A stretch of DNA of 64,000 nucleotides from an uncultured Eubacteriales bacterium (GTDB lineage: Bacteria; Bacillota; Clostridia; Lachnospirales; Lachnospiraceae), in the NCBI GenBank assembly GCA_900318405.1, contig ONKP01000005.1, positions 12,162-76,161 of the forward strand. The letters are read 5' to 3'. Every line of letters begins with the position of its first letter. Position 1 is the first letter of the stretch. Shown in pieces: positions 39,121 through 49,549 of the stretch. The notes under the pieces are model-generated. The model saw only the letters and a program-made list of their open reading frames with translations, was not told the DNA's origin and searched no databases. Both the position numbers and the translations under genes were made by a program.

Positions 39121-40611
39121 ATGGCACTCAGATTTTATAATACGCTGACGAAATCCATTCAGGAATTTCACCCGATCACAGAGGGAAAGGTTCTCATGTA
39201 CGTGTGCGGACCGACCGTGTACAATCTGATCCACATCGGAAACGCACGGCCGATGATCGTTTTCGATACGGCACGCAGATATATGACATATAAAGGATAT
39301 GACGTGAATTATGTATCCAATTTCACGGATGTGGATGACAAGATCATCAACCGCGCGATCGAAGAAGGTGTGTCGTCGGAGGTGATATCGCAGCGATATA
39401 TCGCTGAGACGAAAAAAGATATGGCGGCGATGAACGTCCTGCCGGCGACGACACATCCGCTGGCGACGCAGGAGATCCCCGAGATGATCAGTCTTATTCA
39501 GGATCTGGAGAACAAGGGATATGCGTATAACGTCAACGGTACGGTTTATTTCCGCACGAGAAAGGATACGCAGTACGGAAAACTCTCCCACAAGAATCTC
39601 GATGAGCTTCGTTCCGGCTTCCGTGATCTGAAGGTCACGGGAGAGGATCAGAAGGAGGATCCGCTGGATTTTGTTCTCTGGAAACCGATGAAGCCCGGGG
39701 AACCGTACTGGGAGAGCCCGTGGGGCAAGGGGCGTCCCGGCTGGCATACGGAATGCTGCGTCATGAGCCGCAAATATCTCCATTCGACGACGATCGATAT
39801 CCATGCGGGCGGAGAGGATCTGATCTTCCCGCATCATGAGAATGAGATCGCCCAGGTGGAGTGCTCAACGGGAAAGGAGTTTGCCCATTACTGGCTCCAC
39901 AATGCTTTTCTGAATATCAACAATGAGAAGATGTCCAAATCCCTCGGCAACTTCCTGACCGTGCGGCAGATCGGGGAAAAATATGATCTGCAGGTACTCC
40001 GTTTCTTCATGCTTTCCGCGCATTACCGCCGGGTACTGAACTTCAGTGAGGAGAGCATGGAAGCGGCAAAGGCATCCCTCGGGAGAATCCGCACGGCAGT
40101 CAGGACGCTGAATGACCGCATGGCACATGCGGAGACGGAGGAGCTGACGGATGCGGAGCGGTCAAAGCTCGGCGTCGACGCGGCCGGAAACAGGATTTCC
40201 TTTACGGTGGAAACGGATCCTGAGACGGGAGATAAGATCCTTTCCGATGATATGCGTCTGTTCCGCTGGCAGTTTGAGCAGGCGATGGATGATGATCTCA
40301 ATACCGCAGATGCCGAGGCGGCTATTTTCAATCTGGTGAAGTTTGCGAATATCGTGGTCACTGAGGAGAGCTCAAAGGCATTCGCCGCCGCAGTGAAGGA
40401 TGAGATCATGAGTCTGTGTGATATTCTCGGTCTGATCGTGGATGTACAGGAGCAGGATCTGACGGCTGATATCGAAGCGAAGATCGCCGAGCGCCAGGCA
40501 GCACGCAAGGCGAAGGATTTCGCCAGAGCTGATGCGATCCGCGATGAGCTGCTGCAGATGGGTATTGTACTGAAGGATACGCGTGACGGTGTCCGCTGGG
40601 AGCGCAAGTGA
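39121..40611 (+). CDS. cysS: Cysteine--tRNA ligase
   Basis: YVCGPTVY, HIGN, GRPGWHTEC, HAGGEDLIFPHHENE, KMSKS. Confidence 0.98.
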   Translation: MALRFYNTLTKSIQEFHPITEGKVLMYVCGPTVYNLIHIGNARPMIVFDTARRYMTYKGYDVNYVSNFTDVDDKIINRAIEEGVSSEVISQRYIAETKKDMAAMNVLPATTHPLATQEIPEMISLIQDLENKGYAYNVNGTVYFRTRKDTQYGKLSHKNLDELRSGFRDLKVTGEDQKEDPLDFVLWKPMKPGEPYWESPWGKGRPGWHTECCVMSRKYLHSTTIDIHAGGEDLIFPHHENEIAQVECSTGKEFAHYWLHNAFLNINNEKMSKSLGNFLTVRQIGEKYDLQVLRFFMLSAHYRRVLNFSEESMEAAKASLGRIRTAVRTLNDRMAHAETEELTDAERSKLGVDAAGNRISFTVETDPETGDKILSDDMRLFRWQFEQAMDDDLNTADAEAAIFNLVKFANIVVTEESSKAFAAAVKDEIMSLCDILGLIVDVQEQDLTADIEAKIAERQAARKAKDFARADAIRDELLQMGIVLKDTRDGVRWERK

Positions 40612-41087
40612 AGGAAGAGATCACAGAACGGATGCTGACGGAGATCGGGCGGACGGAACCGCTTCCGGATCACGAGGCAAAGCAGGAATCGCCGCTTATT
40701 CTCGCCTGGATCGGCGACGGTATCTATGAGATGGTCATCCGGGCCATGCTTGTCAGGACGACAGGTATTCCGGGAGCTCCGGTGGCGCGGATGCACAGAA
40801 GAGCAAGCGGTCTGGTTAATGCGGAGACACAGTCACAGATGGTCGGTGTCTGGGAGACGCAGCAGCTGCTGACGGAAGACGAGGCACATGTGTATCACCG
40901 CGGCCGCAACGCGAAGGCGGCCACGCATGCGAAGAATGCCCCGATTCAGGATTACCGTCGGGCGACAGGCTTCGAGGCTGTGCTCGGATACCTGTACCTG
41001 ACCGGCAGAATGCAGAGGATATATGAGCTGGTGAGAGATGGTCTCGCCGGTCTGAAGGAAAAGTCGGAGGAAAACGATGGCAGATAG
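40608..41087 (+). CDS. mrnC: Mini-ribonuclease III
   Basis: LAWIGDGIYE, RGRNAK, YRRATGFEAVLGYLY. Lies between cysS and rlmB. Confidence 0.94.
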   Translation: MKEEITERMLTEIGRTEPLPDHEAKQESPLILAWIGDGIYEMVIRAMLVRTTGIPGAPVARMHRRASGLVNAETQSQMVGVWETQQLLTEDEAHVYHRGRNAKAATHAKNAPIQDYRRATGFEAVLGYLYLTGRMQRIYELVRDGLAGLKEKSEENDGR

Positions 41088-42108
41088 AAGAAACAGACGG
41101 AGCGGCGGTTACAGTTCATCCGGCAGCGGAAAGAGCAGCCGGTACGGCTCGCAGGATGACAGCCGGCGCGGTGGATACGGATCGTCAGCGGGACGGAAGA
41201 GCGGCCGGTATGGCTCGCAGGATGACAGTAAGCGCGGCGGATACGGATCATCGACGGGACGGAAGCGCGGCCGGTATGGATCGCAGGACGACAGGAGAAC
41301 AGACCGCCATGCGGCAGAGCAGAAAAGACGGCCGGATACGACGGCGTTTACTGCACAGGAGAGAACAGCAGAAGAGGATCCGAACAGGATCGAGGGCAGA
41401 AACGCTGTTCTTGAGACGTTCCGCTCAGGCAGAAGCGTGGACAAGCTCTTCGTACAGGCAGATCTGCACGACGGCGTGGTCTCTTCCATTGTCCGCCTGG
41501 CGCGGGAAGCGGGAACGGTCGTGAGCTATGTGCCGAAGAACCGTCTGGATATGATGTCAGAGACGGGAAGCCATCAGGGCGTGATAGCAGAAGCGGCAGC
41601 CGTGGACTATGTGGAGGTCGAAGATATCCTGAAGAGGGCGGAAGAGAAGGGAGAAAAACCGTTTATTTTTCTCCTGGATGATATTGAGGACCCTCATAAT
41701 CTCGGTGCGATCATCAGAACGGCCAATCTGGCGGGCGCGCACGGCGTGATCATCACGAGGCATCACTCCGTGGGACTGACGGCTGTTGTTGCGAAGGCTT
41801 CGGCAGGAGCTGTCAATTATACGCCGGTGGCGCGGGTGACGAATCTCGCCGCCGTGATCGATGAGCTCAAGCAGAAGGGCATCTGGTTTGTCTGCGCGGC
41901 GATGGACGGAACCCCCATGTACGATGTGGATATGGCGGGAGCTGTCGGCATCGTGATCGGCAATGAGGGATCCGGTGTCAGCAGGCTCGTGCGTGAAAAA
42001 TGCGATTTTACGGCATCGATTCCGATGAAGGGCGATATCGATTCGCTGAACGCCTCCGTAGCGGCAGGCGTGCTCGCCTTTGAAGTGGTGCGCCAGAGAC
42101 GCGGCTAA
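41077..42108 (+). CDS. rlmB: 23S rRNA (G2251-2'-O)-methyltransferase RlmB with a repeat-rich N-terminal extension
   Basis: IEGRNAV, HQGV, LDDIEDPHNLGAIIRTA, KASAGA, GNEGSG, SLNASVA (SPOUT). Confidence 0.95.
   Translation: MADRRNRRSGGYSSSGSGKSSRYGSQDDSRRGGYGSSAGRKSGRYGSQDDSKRGGYGSSTGRKRGRYGSQDDRRTDRHAAEQKRRPDTTAFTAQERTAEEDPNRIEGRNAVLETFRSGRSVDKLFVQADLHDGVVSSIVRLAREAGTVVSYVPKNRLDMMSETGSHQGVIAEAAAVDYVEVEDILKRAEEKGEKPFIFLLDDIEDPHNLGAIIRTANLAGAHGVIITRHHSVGLTAVVAKASAGAVNYTPVARVTNLAAVIDELKQKGIWFVCAAMDGTPMYDVDMAGAVGIVIGNEGSGVSRLVREKCDFTASIPMKGDIDSLNASVAAGVLAFEVVRQRRG
41101..41292 (+). repeat. 66-bp tandem repeat (about 3 copies) in the rlmB 5' region
   Basis: ccggta(c/t)gg recurs at 41139, 41205 and 41271. 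Unit is approximately RYGSQDDSRRGGYGSSAGRKSG. Confidence 0.9.
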
Positions 42109-42240
42109 AGAAGCTGTCAGGAGGAAGACGCAGACAGAAGGAGAGCGTATGCTGTCCGATGGTCGGCGCGGACAGAAGGAAAGTGCATGACTTTCAGCAG
42201 AAGCGGGAAGGCAGAGACGGGAGTTCAGATAAGAGCGGAC

Positions 42241-42849
42241 ATGAGCAGAAATACTACCTATGATCAGCTGACAGATGAGGAGCTGATCCGGCGCCTGCGA
42301 AGCGGAGACGGGGATGTGGAGGAATACCTCCTCGAAAAGTACAAGCGTATGGTCCGCACCGTGGCCAGGTCATACTTCCTCACGGGCGGCAGTCAGGAAG
42401 ACCTGATCCAGGAGGGTATGCTGGGACTGTTTCGGGCCATCCGGACCTATGATCCGGAGAAAGGTTCTCCGTTTGCCGTTTATGCCCGGCTGCTGACAGA
42501 ACGGCAGATATATACCGCCATCGGGGCATCCAATACGCTGAAGCAGAAGACGCTGAACACATCGGTCTCTATTGATGCGATCAGTGAAGAAGGTCAGGAT
42601 GCCGTCTCCCGCGCCTGGGACAATCCGGAGACGCTGCTGCTTGACAGGGAAAATGCCGAGGATCTCAGGAAAAAGATCTTCAGCCGGCTGAGCCCCATGG
42701 AAAAACGCGTGCTGGAAGATTATCTGAATGGCTACGATTATGTGGAAATAGCTGCCCGCATGGGGCGCACACCGAAATCAGTCGACAATGCGCTGCAGAG
42801 AATCCGCAGCAAGGCAGCAGATCTGCGCAGGAGTATCTATGGAAAATAA
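42241..42849 (+). CDS. sigH: RNA polymerase sigma factor, SigH family
   Basis: EDLIQEGMLGLFRAI, RQIYTAI, KTLNTSVS, LSPMEKRVL, KSVDNALQRIR. Position after cysS-mrnC-rlmB. Confidence 0.88.
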   Translation: MSRNTTYDQLTDEELIRRLRSGDGDVEEYLLEKYKRMVRTVARSYFLTGGSQEDLIQEGMLGLFRAIRTYDPEKGSPFAVYARLLTERQIYTAIGASNTLKQKTLNTSVSIDAISEEGQDAVSRAWDNPETLLLDRENAEDLRKKIFSRLSPMEKRVLEDYLNGYDYVEIAARMGRTPKSVDNALQRIRSKAADLRRSIYGK

Positions 42850-44245
42850 GCGTGTTACGCATACCGCCAGAACGATCCTCCGTCTGTGGAACGTCGGATG
42901 GTTCCTGATCTTCTGGGTGAAATATTACAACAGGTATATGTTTGATACCTATAAGCTTTTCGGCGCCCTCTTCAGTGCGCTGACGTTCTTTATCATCTAC
43001 AGTGCGCTCTGTAATGTGTACAAGGCATTCCGGATCGCGTCCACGGATGTGTCGGACATTGTTTTTTCCCAGTTTGTATCCTTTGCGGCCGGCGATCTGC
43101 TGCTGTATGTGGAGTGCTCGCTGGTCTACAACCAGATCAGAAATTTCATACCGACGCTCGTGGTCATGGGTATACAGCTGGCGGGGACCAGTTTTTTTTC
43201 ACTGGAGACCAAGCGCTATTTCATGCGCCATGTCGCCCGTCAGAAAACGCTCGTTATTTACGGCGAACAGTCCACGGAGGAGGAAGCAATCAATTTTGAA
43301 AACAGGCTCCTTCACCGCTATAAGCATCTGTTTGACATTCTCTACACCGAATCCGAAAAAATGGATGATGATATATTTCTCCAGAGGCTGCAGGGGGTGG
43401 AGACTGTCATCATGTACAATATCACGCCGGGCCTGAAGATCCGCTTCACCGAACCCTGCATCGAGAACCGGAAAAATTTCTACTTCACGCCGAATATCGA
43501 GGATATCCTGGAGCAGGGAGCGGAGACAAAGCACCTGCTCGACACGCCCATGATGAAATATGAATACAGCTACAACGACCCCAGAAAACTGGTCGTCAAG
43601 CGCATCATGGATGTGATCTTTTCCCTTCTGTTTCTCATCATTCTTTCCCCGGTCATGCTGTTTACCGCGATCGCCATCAAGGCAGAGGACGGCGGCCCCG
43701 TTTTTTACCGTCAGGACCGCTATACCAAAAACGGGAAGATTTTCAGCATGCTGAAATTTCGAAGCATGGTCGTGGATGCGGAGAAAAACGGCGTGCAGCC
43801 CTCTACCGGTGAAAATGACCCGAGAATCACAAAGGTCGGACGATTCATCAGACGCACCAGGATCGATGAGCTGCCACAGTTCATTAACGTTCTGAAGGGT
43901 GATATGAGCTTTGTGGGACCGAGACCCGAGCGCGTGGAACATGTGGATCTGTACGTGCGCGAGATCCCGGAGTTCCGCTATCGTCTCTCTGTTAAGGGCG
44001 GACTGACCGGTTACGCGCAGGTTTACGGCAAATACAATACCTCTGCCTATGACAAGCTGCTCATGGATCTCATGTACATCGAGAACCAGACCACGCTGCT
44101 TGATTTCCGTATCGCCCTGCTCACTGTCCGGACCGTATTCCAGAGGGAAAGTACCGAAGGCTTCGATGAGAATGAGAGCAGACTGATCCACGAGGAAGTT
44201 ACCGGTGAGGATGCCGTGACCGGCAGAAAGCGGGAAGAACCATGA
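42839..44245 (+). CDS. Priming polyprenyl glycosylphosphotransferase (sugar transferase)
   Basis: N-terminal TMs, KRIMDVIFS, FYRQDR, KFRSM, DPRITKVG, RIDELPQ, GDMSFVGPRPE, GLTGYAQV. Confidence 0.93.
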   Translation: MENKRVTHTARTILRLWNVGWFLIFWVKYYNRYMFDTYKLFGALFSALTFFIIYSALCNVYKAFRIASTDVSDIVFSQFVSFAAGDLLLYVECSLVYNQIRNFIPTLVVMGIQLAGTSFFSLETKRYFMRHVARQKTLVIYGEQSTEEEAINFENRLLHRYKHLFDILYTESEKMDDDIFLQRLQGVETVIMYNITPGLKIRFTEPCIENRKNFYFTPNIEDILEQGAETKHLLDTPMMKYEYSYNDPRKLVVKRIMDVIFSLLFLIILSPVMLFTAIAIKAEDGGPVFYRQDRYTKNGKIFSMLKFRSMVVDAEKNGVQPSTGENDPRITKVGRFIRRTRIDELPQFINVLKGDMSFVGPRPERVEHVDLYVREIPEFRYRLSVKGGLTGYAQVYGKYNTSAYDKLLMDLMYIENQTTLLDFRIALLTVRTVFQRESTEGFDENESRLIHEEVTGEDAVTGRKREEP

Positions 44246-45450
44246 AAGCTGTTGTCGTCACACATTCCTCTACCTACGAGTCCCGCGCGGAAGCTGCAGG
44301 TGATTTTTTCAGTAATAAGGGATATGAGGTCACCTGGATCTTCGCTGATTTTGATCATCTCAGGAAGAAGACGCTGGAGAGAGAGCAGCCGCAGCATGTG
44401 TATCTGCACATGAAACCCTACGCGTCCAATCTGTCCGTCCGGCGCATCCTGTCGATCCGTGATTTTTCCCTCGCTGTGGAAAAATATCTGGAAGACCTCT
44501 TCGCCGCAGGCTGCGGTCCCGACCTTCTCTACATTCTGATCCCGGCCAACTCGCTGGCTGCGGCAGCCGGACGGCTGCACGCAAAGTATGGCGTCCGTAT
44601 CGTCTTTGACCTGCTGGATCTCTGGCCGGAATCACTGCCGTTGAAAAAAATCGAAGCCTTTCCTCCGCTGGCTGCCTGGCGGAATCTCCGCGACCGGAAT
44701 CTGGGTGCTGCGGATATGATTTTTACAGAATGCAGCCTGTACAGAAAGGAACTCTCCCTGGATCCGGAAAAGAGCAGGACACTCTACTGGTTCAAGAGAG
44801 AAGCCGCGGGAGTCTCACCGGATCAGCCCGGTACCGCGGCAAAAGGATTTCCCAATGGGAAAGCGGATGCCGGTGTGACAGATACAACGAGCCTGATGGA
44901 GACGCGGAAACCGCTGCACATTGCCTACATGGGCGCCGTCAACCATATCATCGATATCGATGGTATTGTCAGGATCCTGCAGGCTGTCATGGCGCAGCGT
45001 CCGGTATACCTGCATGTGATCGGAGAAGGAGACGGAAAGCAGGACTTCCTGAGAGCACTCTGTCAGGCGGGCATTCCGTTCACGGATTACGGCGCGGTTT
45101 ACGACGAACAGAAGAAGGCGGCGATCCTCTCCGGGTGCCGGTTCGGCCTCAACGTCATGAAGAAAAGCGTCCACGTGGGTCTGACGATGAAGTCCATAGA
45201 CTATCTGTCATTCGGTCTGCCGCTGATCAACACGATCGGCGGTGACACATGGGACATCATCGAAAAATACGGCATCGGCGTGAATGTGGATCCGGACGAT
45301 ACCCGGGCAGGCGCAGCAGCCATCTGCCGTCTGGCGGATCAGGACCGGCAGGAACTCGCGGCAGCGGCTCGTTCCGTGTTCGAGGGAAACTTTACGGAGC
45401 GTGCGTTTATGCGCACCATGGAGGAGTCGCTGGAATTTCTCGGGGACTGA
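44242..45450 (+). CDS. Glycosyltransferase, GT-B fold (GT4-like)
   Basis: DLLDLWPES, IAYMGAVNHIIDI, MKSIDYLSFGLPLI. Confidence 0.8.
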   Translation: MKAVVVTHSSTYESRAEAAGDFFSNKGYEVTWIFADFDHLRKKTLEREQPQHVYLHMKPYASNLSVRRILSIRDFSLAVEKYLEDLFAAGCGPDLLYILIPANSLAAAAGRLHAKYGVRIVFDLLDLWPESLPLKKIEAFPPLAAWRNLRDRNLGAADMIFTECSLYRKELSLDPEKSRTLYWFKREAAGVSPDQPGTAAKGFPNGKADAGVTDTTSLMETRKPLHIAYMGAVNHIIDIDGIVRILQAVMAQRPVYLHVIGEGDGKQDFLRALCQAGIPFTDYGAVYDEQKKAAILSGCRFGLNVMKKSVHVGLTMKSIDYLSFGLPLINTIGGDTWDIIEKYGIGVNVDPDDTRAGAAAICRLADQDRQELAAAARSVFEGNFTERAFMRTMEESLEFLGD

Positions 45451-45600
45451 TGCGAGAACAGCGGGGCGAAAGTCGCAGAGATATATTCTGTCACTATATA
45501 GAGGCCGCTGTTCATAACATAGCAATTATGATATAATATGATCAGGTATGCTTTCAATATGCAGGGCCGTAACCTGCATAAATCCAGGAGGAATAAAACA

Positions 45601-46500
45601 ATGAAGGGTATCGTACTCGCCGGAGGTTCCGGCACGCGGCTCTATCCGCTGACCAAGGTGACGTCCAAACAGCTGCTTCCCATTTATGACAAGCCCATGA
45701 TCTATTATCCGCTCTCGGTACTGATGAATGCCGGGATCCGGGATATCCTGATCATCTCAACACCGGCAGATACGCCGAGATTCGAGGAGCTTCTGGGAGA
45801 CGGGAGCCAGTTCGGAGTTTCCCTGCAGTACAGGGTGCAGCCGAGCCCGGACGGTCTCGCCCAGGCATTCATCATCGGTGAGGACTTCATCGGCAATGAT
45901 CCGGTGGCGATGATTCTCGGGGACAATATTTTTGCCGGACACGGTCTGACAAAGAGACTGCGTGAAGCCGCAAACAATGCGGAGACCGGAAAGGGTGCCA
46001 CGGTTTTCGGCTACTATGTGGATGATCCCGAGCGCTTCGGTATTGTGGAATTTGATAAGACGGGCAAGGCCATCTCCATCGAGGAGAAGCCGGCGAAGCC
46101 GAAGAGCAACTATTGTGTGACGGGCCTTTACTTCTACGATAACCGCGTAGTCGGCTATGCGAAGGGCCTGAAACCGTCAGCCAGAGGCGAGCTGGAGATC
46201 ACGGATCTCAACCGCATCTACCTCGAGGACGGGACACTCAATGTGGAACTGCTCGGACAGGGCTTCACATGGCTGGATACGGGAACGCATGAAAGCCTTG
46301 TTGACGCCACAAACTTTGTAAAGATTACGGAACAGCATCAGCACCGTAAGATCGGATGCCTGGAGGAGATCGCTTATCTGAACGGCTGGATCAGCCGCGA
46401 GGATCTGCTCCGCGAGTATGAGCCGCTGAAGAAAAATCAGTATGGCCAGTACCTGATGGATGTCCTGAACGGAAAGTATCTGGACACGATCAGCAGATAA
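45601..46500 (+). CDS. rfbA: Glucose-1-phosphate thymidylyltransferase
   Basis: [55 protein letters not shown]. Confidence 0.97.
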   Translation: MKGIVLAGGSGTRLYPLTKVTSKQLLPIYDKPMIYYPLSVLMNAGIRDILIISTPADTPRFEELLGDGSQFGVSLQYRVQPSPDGLAQAFIIGEDFIGNDPVAMILGDNIFAGHGLTKRLREAANNAETGKGATVFGYYVDDPERFGIVEFDKTGKAISIEEKPAKPKSNYCVTGLYFYDNRVVGYAKGLKPSARGELEITDLNRIYLEDGTLNVELLGQGFTWLDTGTHESLVDATNFVKITEQHQHRKIGCLEEIAYLNGWISREDLLREYEPLKKNQYGQYLMDVLNGKYLDTISR

Positions 46501-46526
46501 CAACAGATGATCCACAGGAGGAGAAT

Positions 46527-47561
46527 ATGACTATTATTGTGACCGGCGGAGCCGGATTTATCGGAAGCAATTTTATTTTTTATGAGAGAAAAGCACATCC
46601 GGAAGACAGGATCATCTGCCTGGACAAGCTGACCTATGCCGGCAACCTGTCGACGCTGGAGCCTGTGATGAACGATCCGGGATTCCGCTTCGTCAAGCTG
46701 GATATCTGTGACCGTGAGGGTGTGTATAAGCTCTTTGAAGAGGAAAAACCGGATATCGTTGTCAATTTCGCGGCTGAGTCCCACGTAGACCGTTCGATTG
46801 AGAATCCGACGATCTTCCTGGAGACAAATATCATCGGCACCTCCGTTCTGATGGACGCATGCCGGAAATACGGCATTCAGCGGTATCATCAGGTTTCTAC
46901 GGATGAGGTGTACGGAGATCTTCCGCTTGACCGGCCGGATCTGTTTTTCCATGAGGACACCCCGATCCATACATCCAGTCCGTACAGCACGTCCAAGGCT
47001 TCGGCGGACCTTCTCGTCAATGCCTATCACAGGACGTACGGCCTGCCTGTCACCATCAGCCGCTGCTCCAACAACTACGGCCCTTATCAGTTCCCGGAGA
47101 AGCTGATCCCGCTGATGATCGCCAATGCGCTGGATGATAAGCCTCTTCCGGTATACGGCGAGGGACTGAACGTCCGCGACTGGCTCTACGTCGAGGATCA
47201 CTGCAAGGCTATTGACCTCATCATCCGTAAGGGAACGGTGGGCGAGGTCTACAATATCGGCGGACACAATGAGATGAGAAATATCGACATCGTGAAGCTG
47301 ATCTGCGATTACCTCGGCAAGCCCTACAGCCTGATCGAGCATGTGACGGACCGCAAGGGTCATGACAGAAGATATGCGATCGATCCGACCAAGATCCACA
47401 ATGAGCTCGGCTGGCTGCCGGAGACCATGTTCAAGGACGGCATCCGGATGACGATCCAGTGGTACCTGGATAACAAGCCGTGGTGGCAGAATATCATCTC
47501 CGGTGATTATCAGAACTACTACAGAGACATGTACGGAAAAAAGGAAGTACTCAAGGGATGA
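46527..47561 (+). CDS. rfbB: dTDP-glucose 4,6-dehydratase
   Basis: TGGAGFIGSNF, AAESHVDRSI, STDEVYG, YSTSKAS, NNYGPYQFPEKLIP, DRKGHDRRYA. Confidence 0.97.
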   Translation: MTIIVTGGAGFIGSNFIFYERKAHPEDRIICLDKLTYAGNLSTLEPVMNDPGFRFVKLDICDREGVYKLFEEEKPDIVVNFAAESHVDRSIENPTIFLETNIIGTSVLMDACRKYGIQRYHQVSTDEVYGDLPLDRPDLFFHEDTPIHTSSPYSTSKASADLLVNAYHRTYGLPVTISRCSNNYGPYQFPEKLIPLMIANALDDKPLPVYGEGLNVRDWLYVEDHCKAIDLIIRKGTVGEVYNIGGHNEMRNIDIVKLICDYLGKPYSLIEHVTDRKGHDRRYAIDPTKIHNELGWLPETMFKDGIRMTIQWYLDNKPWWQNIISGDYQNYYRDMYGKKEVLKG

Positions 47562-48481
47562 AGGTATTTGTGACCGGTGTCGCGGGCCAGCTCGGCCACG
47601 ACGTGATGAATGAACTGGCGAAGAGAGGATATGAGGGAATCGGAACGGATCTGGCGCCCGCGTATAACGGCGTGGCGGACGGAAGCCCTGTGACCGGGAT
47701 GCCCTATGTATCCCTGGATATTACGGATGCGGCAGCTGTATCGGAGACGATCGGAAAGCTTCATCCGGATGTGATCGTGCACTGCGCCGCATGGACCGCT
47801 GTAGACGCGGCGGAAGATGAGGCGAATCAGGGCAAGGTCATGGCCATCAACAGGGACGGAACGCAGCATATCGCTGATGCGGCAAAAGCAGTCGGTGCGA
47901 AGATGGTCTACATCAGCACGGATTACGTGTTCAACGGGCAGGGCACGGAGCCCTGGAAGCCGGACTGCAGAGATTATGCGCCGCTCAACGTCTACGGACA
48001 GAGCAAACTCGCCGGCGAACTCGCTGTATCGAAGACGCTCGACAGATATTTTATTGTCAGGATCGCCTGGGTATTCGGCAGAAACGGTAAGAATTTCATC
48101 CGCACGATGCTGAATGTGGGAAAAACACATCCGGAGGTCCGCGTGGTCAATGACCAGATCGGCACGCCGACGTATACCTATGATCTCGCGCGGCTGCTCG
48201 TGGATATGATCGAAACCGATAAATACGGTTATTATCACGCGACCAACGAGGGCGGCTATATCTCCTGGTACGATTTCACAAAGGAAATTTACCGGCAGGC
48301 AGGTCTCGACACGAAGGTGACGCCGGTGACGACGGCTGAATACGGCCTTTCCAAAGCGGCCCGCCCGTTCAACAGCCGGCTGGATAAATCAAAACTCACA
48401 GAGAACGGATTTAAACCGCTCCCTGACTGGAAAGATGCGCTGCACCGTTTCCTGATCGACATCGGGGAGACGGCAAGCTGA
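47558..48481 (+). CDS. rfbD: dTDP-4-dehydrorhamnose reductase
   Basis: TGVAGQLG, HCAAWTAVDAAE, ISTDYVF, YGQSKLAGE, DQIGTPT, RPFNSRL. Confidence 0.96.
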   Translation: MKVFVTGVAGQLGHDVMNELAKRGYEGIGTDLAPAYNGVADGSPVTGMPYVSLDITDAAAVSETIGKLHPDVIVHCAAWTAVDAAEDEANQGKVMAINRDGTQHIADAAKAVGAKMVYISTDYVFNGQGTEPWKPDCRDYAPLNVYGQSKLAGELAVSKTLDRYFIVRIAWVFGRNGKNFIRTMLNVGKTHPEVRVVNDQIGTPTYTYDLARLLVDMIETDKYGYYHATNEGGYISWYDFTKEIYRQAGLDTKVTPVTTAEYGLSKAARPFNSRLDKSKLTENGFKPLPDWKDALHRFLIDIGETAS

Positions 48482-48496
48482 CAGGGAGATACGGCA

Positions 48497-49420
48497 TTGG
48501 TTGATATTCTGCTGGCCACATATAACGGAGAAAAATACCTGCGGGAGCAGCTGGATTCCCTGTTTAACCAGACATTTCAGGATTTCCGCATCCTTGTGCG
48601 GGATGACGGATCGACGGATGGAACGATGCGTATTCTGAGAGAGTATGCGCTTCATCACGCGGGAAAGATCGAGATCATCGAAGATGACCTGGGAGGCGGA
48701 AATCCCGCCAGAAACTTTATGCTGCTGATGAAGCATTCCACCGCCGGCTATGTCATGTTCTGCGATCAGGATGACAGCTGGATGCCTGACAAGGTCAGCA
48801 CCCTGCTGCAGCGGATGCAGGCAGAGGAGAAGAGAACGGCTGACGGCGCTGCGCCGATCCTGGTCTTTTCGGATTATCAGGTGACGGATGCTCAGCTCCG
48901 TCCGCTGCCGGTCAATGAATCCAGTCTCCAGATCGCAAGGCATTACAGAAGTCTGAACAGGCTTCTCGTTCAGAATTACATCACCGGATGTACGATGATG
49001 ATCAACAAGACAGCCTGCCAGCTGGCAGGAGATTACGACAGCAGGATTCTGATGCATGACTGGTGGATCGCCCTGTATGTGAGTGCCATGGGCAGGATCT
49101 GTCATGTGCCGGAAAAACTCACGTATTACCGTCAGCACGGTGACAATGACGTGGGCGCACGGGATGTGAAGAGCATGGAATACCGTCTGGAGAAGCTGCG
49201 TGATAAAACCGTGCGGAATTCAAAGAATACCTATTATGCGCAGGCTGAGCTTCTGAAGGAACGCTTCTATGCCGAGATGAGCGGAAAGTCGCAGAAAATC
49301 CTGGATGACTTCCTGGCGATCCGCGATTATCCGAAGCTGAAACGGATGAAGGCGCTCATTGACGGCGGCTACCTCAAAAGCGACTGGGTGCGCTCGCTCG
49401 GGTATCTGCTTTATATCTGA
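48497..49420 (+). CDS. Glycosyltransferase family 2 (probable rhamnosyltransferase, RgpB-like)
   Basis: LATYNGEKYL, RDDGSTD, FCDQDDSW, ITGCTM, MHDWW, YYRQH. Confidence 0.88.
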   Translation: MVDILLATYNGEKYLREQLDSLFNQTFQDFRILVRDDGSTDGTMRILREYALHHAGKIEIIEDDLGGGNPARNFMLLMKHSTAGYVMFCDQDDSWMPDKVSTLLQRMQAEEKRTADGAAPILVFSDYQVTDAQLRPLPVNESSLQIARHYRSLNRLLVQNYITGCTMMINKTACQLAGDYDSRILMHDWWIALYVSAMGRICHVPEKLTYYRQHGDNDVGARDVKSMEYRLEKLRDKTVRNSKNTYYAQAELLKERFYAEMSGKSQKILDDFLAIRDYPKLKRMKALIDGGYLKSDWVRSLGYLLYI

Positions 49421-49549
49421 AAACCGACCGGATTATTCTCAGCCTGTGGTTATTCTGCGGGCCGGGAGTCCGGCCTTCTGTGTATTCGGGGACATCTGCG
49501 ACAGACGATTTGCGCATTCGAATTGGAAGACAGAAAGGAGCGGGCGCAT

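Noticed and set aside
41101-41292. 66-bp periodic repeats (also 57455-57607 and 62631-62756) as a CRISPR array
   Set aside because: They are contiguous, in-frame coding repeats with no unique spacers, and no cas genes are present.
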